64,000 bases of DNA from Antechinus flavipes (lineage: Eukaryota). Of the stretch, positions 1 to 12,609 are shown one piece after another. A model generated the notes under the pieces. The model was not told where the DNA came from, searched no databases, and saw only the letters and a program-made list of their open reading frames with translations. The stretch lies in NCBI RefSeq assembly GCF_016432865.1, contig NC_067398.1:432388001-432452000 (forward strand), in the 5' to 3' direction. Every line of letters begins with the position of its first letter. The first letter of the stretch is position 1. A program made the translations under genes and the position numbers.

Positions 1-622
1 TTTCATTTAGGTTTCCCAAATCTAGACCTCAACACTTCCAGAGTAAAGCTTTCTTCCTTCCTCTCCTGTTTTAATCTCTTCTCCCATCCTTATCCATTCC
101 CCTGTAGGTTTTTCCACAGAGGTCATCTTCTTTTCCTCGCCAGCCGCTGATTGACCCCAATTTACCAATAACTCCTTTCTATTCCTCTGCTCCCCTCATC
201 CCCTTTCATGTACTCTCTCATGCTGTGATGTAATTCTACAAAAAAAGAATTTAACTCCTAGGAAGGTATTACTAAGTTCTATCCATGATGTACCCTATCT
301 CTTCACTTTTACTTCCAATAGATATCTGTCTTAACCTCTGTCTCCTAGCACACTTTTAGAAAGAAATTTTGTATTGGTCTTTCTATTGTCACTTAATTGC
401 TGCTACTGTCTGCAGTTCTCCTGCAAGAAAGAATAATCTCTGCAATTCTGGTTTTCTTTCTAAAAATGTTGGAAACTTGTCTTTAATATTGAATGAACAT
501 CTTTTGTTCTGTATGATTAAGATCATATTTGCAGAATAGGTCACTCTGAGCTTAAAACATCTCAGCCTCCTTATATATTGCACAATTATGTGTTTCTCCT
601 TAGATTTGGTGGAGTGTTGCAT
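1..622 (-). mobile_element. Degenerate LINE-1 fragment: ORF1 C-terminus plus inter-ORF region
   Basis: ORF 389..622(-) contains LRVTYSANMILIIQNKRCSFNIKDKFPTFLERKPELQRLF, which resembles the L1 ORF1p C-terminal motif (PRITYPAKLSI...FN..EDFQAFL.KRPEL). Pyrimidine-rich 1-380 fits the antisense inter-ORF spacer. Confidence 0.7.
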
Positions 623-1239
623 AGTCTCTACACATAGGAAGTCCTGTCTTAATGACCAGTTCCATTTCCTCCATTCCTGAGTTCTTTAGTTGGTCTAGCT
701 TGGAGAGTTCAGAGCTTATTTTCCCTAACACTAGTAGTTAAGAGCTTTGCAGCTCCGGTTCTTTCAGGGTAGAGCTCCCTAATAGATTTTTTTTTTTTCC
801 TTTGAAGAGCTATACCTATGCTAAGCTAACTGTTGAGGTGCAAGAAGACTTTTGGAGCCTGAAGTCAGAGTCTCTATTACACTAGAAAGAGGGAGGAGAG
901 AGTGGAATGCAAAAGTCAGTTTTGATGTAATCCTGTATTGTACCCTTGGGTCTGCTAGTATGGTCTCACTGCTGGGAGTGTGGTTAGTGAGAAAGGGTAT
1001 CTAGTTAGTGAAGGTTTTTTAAAATCTTTTGGATTCTGGGTTTTTTAGACTATGGAAACAGCTGAAGTTACTTTATATTTTAAACATTTCTTCTGTTTTG
1101 AAGACATTTGAGAGATTATAGGAATTATACAAAACTTCTAAACCACTATCTTTTGCTCATGTGACCCAGAAGTTCCCAAAAACTATCTTTTTAATATTAA
1201 TTCTTTTCCAGTGGGGAAGAAAAGAAAAAAAAGGGTATA

Positions 1240-1447
1240 TGCTTATATAAAGTGCTTATTATATGTCAGGAACTCTACTAGGTACATTACAAATATTATA
1301 TCATTTGATTTTCTGTAAAAGAATTTCTGTTGTTAGCTGTGATTATTATTCATATTTTACTGTTGACAAATAAAGTAAACTGACCTGCCCAGGGTCACAC
1401 AGTAGTAAGTATCTGAGACTGGCCTAGCACTTTATCCACTATGCCAC
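1240..1447 (-). mobile_element. MIR-type CORE-SINE
   Basis: Antisense core tgacctgcccagggtcacacagtagtaagt and head remnant gcactttatccactatgccac. Confidence 0.7.
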
Positions 1448-1722
1448 AAACTATGATATTATATCATAGAATTTCAAAATCTCAGGACAATCTAAATTGC
1501 AGATGATCCAAAGGCAATGGGAAAAATTAATGATGCATGGGAACTTTCCCACAAGAAATAGGGTAATAGTTTCATGTGGATCTGAGAAGACTCCTTAGAT
1601 TTCACCTAATGCAATCCCTCCATTTTACAGATAAATTATGGCTCAGATCACAATTCAATCATTTGTCCAAGATTACAAGGAAGATAGTACAAGGAAGAGA
1701 TAAAATTAAATATATCTCTTCT

Positions 1723-2516
1723 TGATGAGGTGAAGTCTACTTCTCAGGGTTCCCAGTATGGGAACTAAAAATATGATGAGACTTAGGTTTGGAGGTTCCC
1801 TTTCATAGAGAACCAAATGATAAGGTTTAGATTTAGGGAACCAAAATGAGATTAGGGTTTCTGGTGGTCAGGGAGTTAAATGGTAAGGTCTAGTGGCAGG
1901 TTCAGGGTTCAGAACCAAATGGAGAGGTTTGACTCTCCTATATCCCCTTGGGATTCGGCACAAGGACAGGGAGTTTTGGGAACTCCCTTCTGGCTGGTTC
2001 TCTGTAAAGTAATTTACAAACCAGAAAACCTAGAATGATAAAAGAGGTTTATTATAGAGATTGGGAAGTAATGTTAGAAGTCCTGACAGAGAAGTATAAG
2101 GTCTTATTAAGGAAATAGGTGAGGATAAAGAGAGGGTGACACTGGAAGAGAATATTCCAATGGGCAGAGATTTCCTTGGCATAGCATGGCATGTTTGGAA
2201 CCTCTGTAAAGAGAGAATTTTAATTTGGCTCTTTTATAACAGGAGGTTTGGCTACAAGCTAAAGAGAGGTAGTGGGTGGAATCCCAAATTGACTCATCTA
2301 CTCACTGGGTTTCAGCTTGAACTGGAATTTGAATAGAATTCAATGAGTTTCTTTAGTTGAATAGGGTTGGAATTCTTTTAGCTCAGGCCTGAATCAATCC
2401 CACCTATATAACCGAAAGAAATTTTATCTTATTTCCCTCATTGAGGCAGAGTTGAAGGAGATTTTCCCCTTCAAGGAGTTTTCGAGTTTTGGGGTCCTTT
2501 CTTCACTCTTACTTCA
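1723..2516 (-). mobile_element. Solo ERV LTR
   Basis: TG...CA ends; near-TSD cttct(1718-1722)/catct(2517-2521); minus-strand TATA (ttataaaagagcc near 2230) and AATAAA (near 2050); shares a core with the LTR at 63609. Confidence 0.7.
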
Positions 2517-3057
2517 CATCTAACATTTTTTTCATTTATCACATTAAAACTAGGACGCATGTGACTAGAAAGGGTTGTAGGCTGCTCAAATAAAAAGAAC
2601 AAGTGATATCCTGAATTTCACCTAATTTAAAAAAAAAAATACATTAAAAAACAAACAAACAAACAAAAAACAGAGGGAGGATTCCAACTGGATTCTTTTA
2701 TGGGAGATTTTTTGAAGAACTTCATAGAGAAGGGATAACTGCATCAAAGTTTCCTTTGTTGAGAATATAGGGAAGATAAAATAATGTTTCTAATTAGTGG
2801 CAATGGAACAAGCAGTCAGAAATCTTCCTGACTGGCAGAGAGTAAGTGTGGAATTTATAGAATAGGTGAATGATTTCAATCTGGATTGCAAATCCCAAAT
2901 GGGTAAATGATGTTTGGAAGTGTAGGATATTAATAAATGTTTTTTGATTGATGGCTTGATTGTGGATTCTGTGGAGGGTACTTCCTGTCCTGAAAAGAAT
3001 TCTAGGTTATCCTAGGTTAAACTGGGTCTAAATAGCTACATTGGGATATAATAGTTT

Positions 3058-3450
3058 TGTTGAGGGATAAGATCATTGCAGGTTTTGCGAAAGAATTCAC
3101 AACCCCAATCTGCAAGGGAAGTTTGGCAAAAATGGGTTTATTTTCACTGAGCAACTCTCTCAGTGGGCCACTCCCTGATTAGGAAAATAGTTGAGTTTGG
3201 GATACAGAGTCTTGATTTTTATTTAGTCTTCTATAGCTTGGGGCTAGGGAGCAATTGAGAGGCTAATTTTCAAATCAATAAGGGTAGTGATTGTTATCCC
3301 AGACTAAAGTGATTTCCAGATCAATTGGAGGTGGGAGATTCCTATGGGAACCAGGTAGAAGGGTAGGGATGCTTTCAGAGGCCGGGAGGGGTTGAAATTC
3401 AGGGTTTTTCCAACCCAGGCTCATCCTCCCCTCCAAAGATCAGGGGGACA
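3058..3450 (-). mobile_element. Solo ERV LTR
   Basis: Minus strand reads tgtccccctg...ctatagaag...gaaaataaaccc...ccctcaaca. Has TGT/ACA ends, a TATA-like box and AATAAA in LTR order; flanks tagttt/cagttc form only a partial TSD. Confidence 0.6.
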
Positions 3451-4072
3451 CAGTTCTATTACATCAATTTTAAAAGTAGCAGCTACCCAGCTTTAGGACA
3501 AGAAATGTTTATACACATTTATAACATTCTTGCCCTTGTGTATTATTTATGAATTTGTATAATATATTTTGCCTTGTGAATAAACTCTGAAAACTCATTC
3601 ATGTAGTCTGACGTGGAGATGGTTAAAAATGATTAGGACAGAAAATCCATTTACATTGACAATGAAAGAAAAATGTCATGTCCCAAGGCCTCAGAGAGAG
3701 CATTTCTGAATTCAGGTGGCCAAATGAACTGCTTCAGGTCCAAGATTACTACACTAGGTGCCTAGTGTTTGGGTTTAGAGATCACAGAAATGTAAACATG
3801 ACTATAATGCTGACTACCTCAGCTTCCTGCTATTAGAAGACCTTTTACCCCTCCTATCTATTTCCTGGTACCCTTAGAGTAGATTGGGAGGATACTTAAA
3901 CTCTCTACCAATGATTCCATGTCTAATCGATGGTGTTTTCCTAAATGTAAGGGAGTTTGCCAGCTTCCTAATTCTATTTAATCAGTTATAGTAATATTTT
4001 ATTTCAAAAAGTATAATAAATATATAGATAGTTTAGCTCACTTTATATAGAGCACAATTTCAGTTTTAGTTC

Positions 4073-4547
4073 TGTAGTGCCAGAGAAACTGAGCAAGATA
4101 GAGATTAGAGAACAATTTAATAGTTTATTTAATGGAGAGATTTACTGGGACTAAATGGATCCATGTTTGGTCCCAGGGCTGAATGAGATTATCGTCTCAA
4201 AGAATCCAGCAGCAAATGTCAGATACAAGATTCTTTTATAGGGTAACAAGAACAATGACATAATGGAGGAGGTACCTGGATGGGGATGACCTAATGGGGG
4301 AAGGCACCTAGAATGACATAATGGGGGAGGTACTGGAGAGGCTCCTGATATGCTAATGACATCTAAAATAGATAAAGACCTTTATCCCATTAAACATTAA
4401 GAGGGAATAAGTATAGCCTAAGGTCTAAGATATAAGACTTTTATCCTATCAAACATTAAGAGGGAATGGTTATAACCTGAGTTGAGTAACTGAATAGGAC
4501 AATTAGGGAAACTGGTCAGAACATTAAAAGGGAACTGTGGCACAACA
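4073..4547 (-). mobile_element. Solo ERV LTR (same family as 5749-6218)
   Basis: tgtagtgcc...gtggcacaaca ends; TSD gttc/attc; both termini match the 5749 LTR in reverse complement; internal tandem U3 repeats (aaacattaagagggaat x2, aatgacataatgg x2). Confidence 0.85.
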
Positions 4548-5344
4548 ATTCCAAGTCCAAACCCCAATTCAGAATCAAGTCCCCGAGTTTGCTAATTGTA
4601 GTGTCTGATCCACAATCTTGGCTTCAAGGTGGCCATTGGTCAAATTCTAGATTGGGTGCCCTAAATCTGTGAAAAACAAACAAAACAACACAGAAACAAA
4701 CATACTTGGGCCCATGTCTCAGGGCTGAAGTATCCCTAAGTATCAGTTCATGAATTTTTACTCTCTGGATGCAGTAGAAAAGTGTCCAGGAGAGTGACTC
4801 TCAACTCTCCCTATTTTAGACTTTGTATCATACCCTGTAAATAGTATATGGCCATATTTAGTCAGTTCAGTTCAATTTGACTCAACAAACATTTATGAAG
4901 TACCTACTTTGCAAATCACTCCTTTGAACACCAGGAAATAAGGAAGCTTGGATCCTATAATATCATTGACTGAATATATCATGGATCTTGAAGAAAAAAA
5001 AATATTGACGTAGGCAAAGGTATATTTCATTGCTTCTGAGACTTTAAAAGAAATGTTATATGAAATTTTAAATTCCATATGAATTAAAAACCATAAGAGG
5101 GCTAACCTACTGAACAACTCAGAATACAACATAACTAATTTGGGGGAGCAAAAGACAATAAATTTTTAAATAAAAATGAATTTTGGCAAACTTGGATTAT
5201 TAATGTATAAGTCATATCTCTTAACCGTACCTTCAGCATGTGAGATATCTCTTTTAATGCTGAAAGATATTATAGATTTAACTGAGGGTCAGTAGTGGTT
5301 GTCTTTAATGTGAGACTCCTCTTCTCTAACCCTTCTGGGCAAGT

Positions 5345-5345
<1 letters not shown>

Positions 5346-5377
<32 letters not shown>
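5346..5377. repeat. Poly(C) run of 32 nt
   Basis: Read directly from the sequence. Confidence 0.9.
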
Positions 5378-5378
<1 letters not shown>

Positions 5379-5748
5379 CACCTACAATCTTTCTTCTATA
5401 AAACATGTTCTAATCAAGAACATCATCAGCCAGAGATATCTTAAGAGAATGTTCAATTTGCCAACAGAGTAAATGGTTGGGAAGAGTCAGAGTGACAAGG
5501 CAGACTGTTCCTCCCCAAATATGTTCCTACATGCATGGAATAACAGATTTTAAAACTTGAAATGGCCAAAAAAAATCATCTTGTTCAACTCCCTCAGATT
5601 GCAAAAGCCAATTTAATAGCTGTTCTGGCAGGGTTGCTGGCTTGGTCTGACATTCATTCAACAAACACTTAGTAAAAATTTAATCTGTTCACTGCTCTGT
5701 GGAAAGTAATAGGAAAAATGAAAAAAGAAATACGTGTGCCTGACCTTC

Positions 5749-6218
5749 TGTTGTGCCACAGTTCCCTTTTATTGTCCTGACTCAATTTCCCTAATTATCC
5801 TGCCTCAGTTTCCCTGAATTGTTCTATCTCAGTTCCTAATAGTCCTGCTCAATCCTGCAACACCACCTCTCCCTCCTAATCACATGACCCAGATAAGGAG
5901 AAAGACCTTCTATCTTAGACATCATCAGAATGTTGGGTGCCTCTCCCCATTCTGTAATCCCAATTTGTCAGAATGTCTGGTGCTTCCCCCCACCCTCTCA
6001 GAACCAGATTTAAAGTCCCGTTCCTGCTCTCAGTGCTCTGACTCCATCTCTGTCTCAGTCTACCCCTGTAGCTGAGCCACCTGCATATATATGTCATTGA
6101 GAACTCACATTGGTTGCTGGATGCTTTGGATATCAGCCCCCAAAACAATCTTTCCCTTTTAAATAAAATATTAAAAAATCTCTAATCTCTATCTTGCCTC
6201 AGTTTCTCCAGCATTACA
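5749..6218 (+). mobile_element. Solo ERV LTR (4-bp TSD, class I-like)
   Basis: tgttgtgccaca...gcattaca ends; perfect TSD CTTC (5745-5748, 6219-6222); tatatat and aataaa in order. Removing it restores an L2-tail-like cctgaccttcaaaggttttaagatct. Confidence 0.9.
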
Positions 6219-6329
6219 CTTCAAAGGTTTTAAGATCTGGCAGGAAGATGCCATTACTTGTTCTGAGTAGTTCAACATAGTTGCTCATTATGGGCAGTTC
6301 AGAAAAATGCTTTTGAGAAATGATCATTT

Positions 6330-6541
6330 CACTGTTCTTGTGCAGCATGATAATTGTAGAAATATGGGTAGAAGAATTGCACATGTTTAAAATAAATTGG
6401 ATTACTTGCCATCTAGGGGAGGGGATGGGAGGAAGGAAGGAGAAAAATTTGCATCTCAAGGTTTTGCAAAGGTGAATGTTGAAAACTAATGCACATGCTT
6501 TGAAAATAAAAAAGCTTTATAAAAATAAAATAAATAAAAAA
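6330..6541 (+). mobile_element. 5'-truncated marsupial L1 3' end
   Basis: L1 3'UTR (ttgccatctaggggagggg...ttttgcaaaggtgaatgttgaaaa) with A-rich tail; TSD gagaaatgatcattt(6315-6329)/gagaaatgattattt(6542-6556). Confidence 0.9.
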
Positions 6542-7249
6542 GAGAAATGATTATTTTAACATTGGGAAACTTGAAAGAATTAAATGTCCTAGTCTAATAA
6601 ATCATACCCTAAGTTGAGTCAATATAGCTTTTCAAAAGAAAATTATTGGTGGCTCCTCAGAGATACCTGATGACCAAGTATTTAACTGGTGTAATAACTG
6701 GGTTGTGGGACATAGTTAGCTTTACTCTAAGGTTTTTATGCTCTGGATTTATTTCTGGGTTGTAGTTTTAGAACTGATCTGGGAGTAGAAAATTTATGGG
6801 GTATATAGAGAACATGCAGTTGTCATAGATGAGTCTTCTTGGATCCTGCTTAGATAATGGTTGGGAACCCTGAGTCATTTCTAGAATTCTTCTACAAAGA
6901 ATTCTTCTAATTTATTTAGGACATTCTTCATGAGGTCTGCTTGACTTTTTCTTCAACTTTATCCTAAGGAATACTCATTAAATTTCTACACTTTGTGGAA
7001 GTCTCTCTAACAGATGTTGAGGAGATTTCAAATTTATATGAAACTGGGTCATTGCTCTGTTTGGACTTCTTAGTCTAATAAGATAGAATGGGACATGGAG
7101 AACATGATAATTTTATGAGAGGTAGAATCAAAATGATATAAGAAATCAATCAGTTAATCTATAAGCCGTTATTAAACAAGTGCTAACTGCTGAACCTACA
7201 AAGACAAAAATAAAATTTCTTCTGTTCTCATGGAAGCTATCTATCTACA

Positions 7250-7634
7250 TTGCATTATCACCTGGGGCAGGAAGTGAGTTCCATTGATAGATTTCATGTG
7301 ATTCATGAACTTAGATGGGGGAATACATACACATATACATATTATGTATGTGCATATATATACTATATTGTGTATATGTATATTTATACATGAATGCACA
7401 CACAGATCTACATATACAAATACACACTCACTAACCTATAACTGAAATTTAACATTTTATTTTTAACAACATTATGTTTGGAAGGAGGCCAGATGCTTTA
7501 AATATTATGATGTCAGCCACACTGGAAAACATATAAATAATTAAAATATCCTTTTTGTAAAAAAAGGGCCCAAAGTATAATTAGGTCATCATCTGCCAAA
7601 GGGATTATAACACAAAAAAGGTTAAGAATCTCTA
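7250..7634. mobile_element. hAT/Charlie-type MITE carrying a (CA/TA)n tract and a ~90 bp insert
   Basis: End ctgccaaaggg..taacacaaaaaaggttaagaatctc and internal catgaacttagatggg / ctaacctataactgaaattt match a common marsupial MITE (from recall). Confidence 0.6.
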
Positions 7635-8969
7635 GGCTAGGGATTCATCAGGTAACTGATCTATATCATTAGCACTATAACATGGGCCATTTAGAGAATT
7701 TGAACTGAAATAATACTAATTTTTTCTATGATTTTGAAAGGCTTTTAGAATGCAATTTGAAATAGAAGGGATGCTGGATGTCATTTTTAAGTTTCTGAAA
7801 ATATTTTATTATAGCTCCATCCACTTTGCAGTTCATGCCAAATGTGATTGTGCCTTGCTAGAACAAAACTATATATTGCTTCCTTCTTGTTCACTGAAAC
7901 AGTCATGCTAGAGCTCCTTATACTCTTGTAGATCAAAATAGAAATGGTTAATGAAGCATTTATTTCATCAAAGATGAATCAAATAATTGACCATTGAAAA
8001 GACAAGACTACTGTTAAAACTTCTAAGAGCTTTGAGAACTTGAGAACTTTCTGAGGAAATCTTATTTTTCCCTTTCAGTAGCTAGAGTCTTTATTTTCAC
8101 AAATGCTAGTTTAATATAGATATGGGTTATTTCATTTTGAGTTCTTTTATTTTTACCATCTAGGAAATTGTCTTTTTTCCCAAGCTATGCAAGTCTCTGT
8201 ATAATATTCTGATAAATTTAATCTACTCTTCATTTTATGGTGTCAGCCACACAGGAAAGCACATAAATAATTGAAATATCTCCTTTCCAAAATAGGGCTC
8301 TAAAGTATAATTAGGTCATCAGCTGCATTGAACTGGCCACATTTACTTGAGAAAACAATAACATGTGTCTGGCCCATATTTACACTTAAAAAAAAAAAAA
8401 AAGCATGTTGTAGCCTATTTCACTAGCATCCTAGTTAGTTTTTTTCCCTACCTTGATTCTTTGTTCCTATTCTATTCACACAGGCAAATTGTAAAAATAG
8501 TTTTCAGCATATTATCATTACACAAGGAAGTACATTTTAAGTTACATTTTTCTTTGCTCTGTTCTACTTCCCATTTGGGGGCCATGAGTGGATGAGAAAA
8601 GCTTTCACACACTGATTTTTTTTTTTATCTCACTGTGTTCATATTTTTTGATATGATTTTTATATTGACAAGACTCAACTAGTAAAAGCAATCTGAAAAA
8701 AATTACACTTGCTTAATCAAATTGTTCACAAGCACTTCTGTAGAAGTCTTAACTCTTTCAGGGCTCTTGGGCATCGCTGTGGTAATCAATGATATCTTAG
8801 TTTCCTTCTCTGGAGATTCCTTAATTTCCTTGTCTAGTATGGGATATCTGTATTCCTTTCAAGTGAGGATTTCAATTCAATTTAAATTTATTAAAAAAAG
8901 ATTATTAATAAACTACTGTGCTAGTTACTGAGGAGTTTTCTTGAGGTGGATGATGGGGTGGTAGTTTGA

Positions 8970-9148
8970 GATCTATAATTTCATCAGTGTTGGCAATTCC
9001 CATCGAGAAAACTTTCCATTAAGTTTGCTCAGCAATTCTTCCATGGTGTTGAGACAGTTAAGTGACTTTCTAAGAATGGCACAAATACTATGTGTCAAAG
9101 GAAGGACTTTAATTCACATGTTACTCCGAGCCTGGCCCTCTATATATT
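8970..9148 (-). mobile_element. Marsupial CORE-SINE (MIR/Mar3-like)
   Basis: Antisense core gttaagtgactttctaagaatggcaca and tail aatttcatcagtgttggcaattccc. Confidence 0.5.
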
Positions 9149-9149
9149 A

Positions 9150-9298
9150 AATCAACGGTTTCAAACTCAAATAGAAATGGGGGGACAGTAAACGTCTTTA
9201 TTAACATGATCTGTGCTTTGTTTTTCTTTTTGTTAAATATTTCCCAATCACATTTTAGTCTGATTTGGGCTTCTCTCAGGAGTACTGGGCGCCTCTGT
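9150..9298. mobile_element. hAT-type MITE fragment
   Basis: tcaaactcaaatagaaatgggg and ttgttaaatatttcccaatcacattttagtctg match a recalled marsupial hAT MITE. Confidence 0.5.
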
Positions 9299-11559
9299 GT
9301 TTTATTTCTATGAACTACATCATTCTGCCTCTCCAACATTAAAGATGGAAAGAAAAATATAATGTAATGCTTATATTCTGAAGGGGAAAGGGTGGTAAGG
9401 TATGAGTAAATATGATGCAAGGCAGAATGTGAGAAGTTCAAAAGATAGGATCAGACAAATTATTACTAAAATACATGATGTCCATGGTGTGCAAATTCTC
9501 TTTATCATGTAGATTCTGACCCATCTATAACTTAGTAGATGAATTTAGAGAGTGATAAAAGAAATAGGATGATGAAATCTTACCTTTGAGATCAAAATGC
9601 CCATCTATATATATTAAATTCAACATTTTTTTGTCCTAAAAGAAATTACTATCTTAGGTTTTTTACTTTTCTTAATGAATAACTGTGGGTTGATGTTCAA
9701 TTTGGGTTTTCTGATATAATGGCAAAGAATTACTAACCCATTGTATTCTCTGCAGTGGTTAAAAAATAAAAGAAATCAATCACATGATATTTCTCCATCC
9801 TCCTTACCCCCCCCCCAAAAAAAACCCCAAAAAACTGCTGGTCAGAGACTGAGTTTTAGGTTTAACTATTACATGGTTGAATACAAGTTCACTGAAGGCA
9901 GGGACTGTTTTTGCTGTTGTCTTTGCTTTCCTAGTACCTAGGACATGGCTTTATTAAAAGAGGAAGTACATTAAAAAAAAAATTAATTGGACAGTGCTTT
10001 TAGGAAGAAAAATGCTGAATCCCTTGCATTTTCTTATATCCAAATTATTTTTCCTAGTTCCAGTTTGTATGCCCTACTTTTTTTGAAAAAATAATTCTGA
10101 AATCCACTTGCAAACTGGCTAGGAAATATAAACAGGTCTGCAAGAAAATCAGTTTCCCTTCATTGAACCCAATGTAGCTTTAGGAATGCACACAGCTTTT
10201 TTCATTTCTATAATCTTTTCTAATCCTCCAGCATTATTGGGAACCTGGGATGAGAAGGGAGGCTATTGCAGTGCATCTGCAATACTCTATGCTGTGAGCA
10301 TAGATTGGATAGCTTGATCGAGTCCCCTGGATTCAAATCCTTCTTCAATACTAACTGGAGAAGTCACTTAATCTCCATAAGCAACAAAAAACTCCCTGAA
10401 GTTTACTGTAAATAGAGAAGGTTTTCCTTGCTGAAGAAATAACAGATCTTTTTATATCTATACAATAGATTCTTTGGGGCATATAGGGATGCAGTGAAAT
10501 GATAGTGATACGGGGACTGATTCCTGCAAAAGACCATGTCCCTGGTAGCAATCTAGTAACTAAGTCGGCCCCAGTGAAGAGCAAGCTGTTCCTGTAGAAT
10601 TATTTTGTACTAATATACAGAGCTGTCCTGTACTGATGCCCCCTATTATCTTATACAATTTGGAGGTTAAGCTACAGATGTCAATTCCTGAGGCTATCTT
10701 GTATAAGCAGGACGATTATGACTACCAGTTGGTTTACTGACACATAGCATAGTAAACGTACCTTTTTTTTCTTTCCTTTCCCATAAAAGGCCCACCTCCT
10801 CCCTTGTTAATTAAAAGTTTATTATGACCTTTGCCTACTTTATGGCATTACAATAAATTCATTCCACATGAATCCTCATCTTTGTGACTTGAAGTACCTC
10901 ATCATGACTCGTTGGACCTCATCTCAATAAACTTCAAGTAGAAAGATCCGAATTCAAGGCCAAGCTCTATGGCTTAGTGGCTTATGATTTGCAGAAAATT
11001 ATCTCATATTTCTTAGCCTTAGTTGTCTTTTTTATAAAATGAGAAAGACTCAAATCGAGTTTTTCAAATCTAACAGTCTGTGATCTCTGCTTAGTCCTGA
11101 AAGCTGCTCTAGAGGTATTGGGTCTCAGGAAGAGAAATAATAACTGGGACTGAGACCTTGTCTAGAATTGACTGGATCAATAGGTAAGTTTTTTTACATG
11201 GAATTGGGTAAAGCATAGTAGGTGATTTTTCTCCTGGAGGAAGGAATTCTATTAATTCTCAGGCTACAGTAACTATCAAAGGGTTTAATCCTGGGGAAAG
11301 TATGTGACTGGGAGAAAAGATAGTTCCACATTCTCTTTTTAGGGAATACTTACTGAACTTTCCAGTAGGAAAGGCAATGGGGGACCATAGTCAACAATAA
11401 TTCAATTCATAAACATTTACTAAGCTATCTGATATGTGGAGAGTATTGTGCTATGTGCTATGACAAGATAACAAGGTAAAATAAAAGACAGTCCCTGCTC
11501 ATATGAAGCATACAATGAAGTGTAATTGTGATGGCATATTGGAGTTTGTGGTTCACAAA

Positions 11560-12595
11560 GTATTCTCTTCTAAAGCCTGAGAAAAGATTTAGGATTTTAA
11601 GACCTTTGAGACAGAAAGTCCCTGCTTTCAAGGACTTGTTGGGATTTACCTGCTAGATTTCTTTCCTAAGGACCATGCTTTAAACCCAAATTCTCTAGTT
11701 CTCATTGATTAGCCAACAATAAGTCCCAGGCCAACTCCAACTTGGTATTTCCTATCACAAGTCTACTGGAATTGCCTTGAATCACTATACTGATGAAAAG
11801 ATCCAAGTCCATCATAGTTGATCATCATAAATACAATGTTCTCTTGATTCTGTTCACTTCATTCAGTATCACGGAAGTCTTTCCAGGCTTTCTGAAATCA
11901 GCCTGCTCATCATTTCTTATAGAATAATAATATTCCATTATGTGTACACACCATAATTTATTCAGTCATTCCCCAACCGGTGGGCATCCACTCAATTTCC
12001 AGTTCCTTGCCACTACAAAGGGCTGCCACAAACATTTTCCCTTTTTATGATCTCTTTGGGATACAAACCAACAGAGTCACTACTGGATCAAAGGGTATGT
12101 GCAGTTTGATAGCCTTTGGGAATAATTTCAAATTGTTCTCCAGAAAGGTTCGATCATTTCACAGCTCCCTCAACAACGTGTTAGTGGCCAGTTTCCCTAT
12201 ATCCCCTCCAATATGTTTTTCTATATTTTAGTCAATCTGAGAGATGGGAAATGGTACCTCGGACCTGTCTTAATCTACATTTCTCTAATCAATAGTAAGT
12301 CAGAGCATTTTTTCATATAACCAGAAATGTCTGTCTCATTTCTTACCTAGTCTTAATCACCGATTGGGTGTTGCTTAATCAAACTATGACCTGTTAAAGA
12401 CCTTAGCTTAAAAAGACCAAGGTCTTCCACTGTGTCTTGAGCCATCTCCAATTGTCCTGATCTATATCTGGCCCCTGAACCCCAGATGCCTCTGTAGGAG
12501 AAAGTGAAGCTGGGACTTTGCAGAGCCCTCCCTTGCTTAAATGCAATTCACTTGCAAGTCATGGCATAGTTTCCCTAATGTCAAACAACCCTCCT
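11560..12595 (+). mobile_element. RTE-related (WALLSI-like) repeat split by an L1 fragment
   Basis: 11640-11750 and 12330-12400 match the uninterrupted copy at 44935-45245; 12420-12595 carries the RTE-like 3' end (gccatctccaattgtcctgatctatatctgg...aattcacttgcaagtcatggc). Confidence 0.55.
11755..12325 (-). mobile_element. Internal L1 fragment (ORF2 end and start of 3'UTR, no tail)
   Basis: Antisense L1 (cagcctgctcatcatttcttatagaataataatattcc; gggcatccactcaatttccagttccttgccactacaaa) homologous to 21260-21720. Confidence 0.85.
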
Positions 12596-12609
12596 CCTCC
12601 TCCTCCTAC

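Noticed and set aside
4073-6218. Composite DNA transposon bounded by long inverted repeats
   Set aside because: Each arm has its own TSD and there is no shared outer TSD, so these are two separate LTR insertions.
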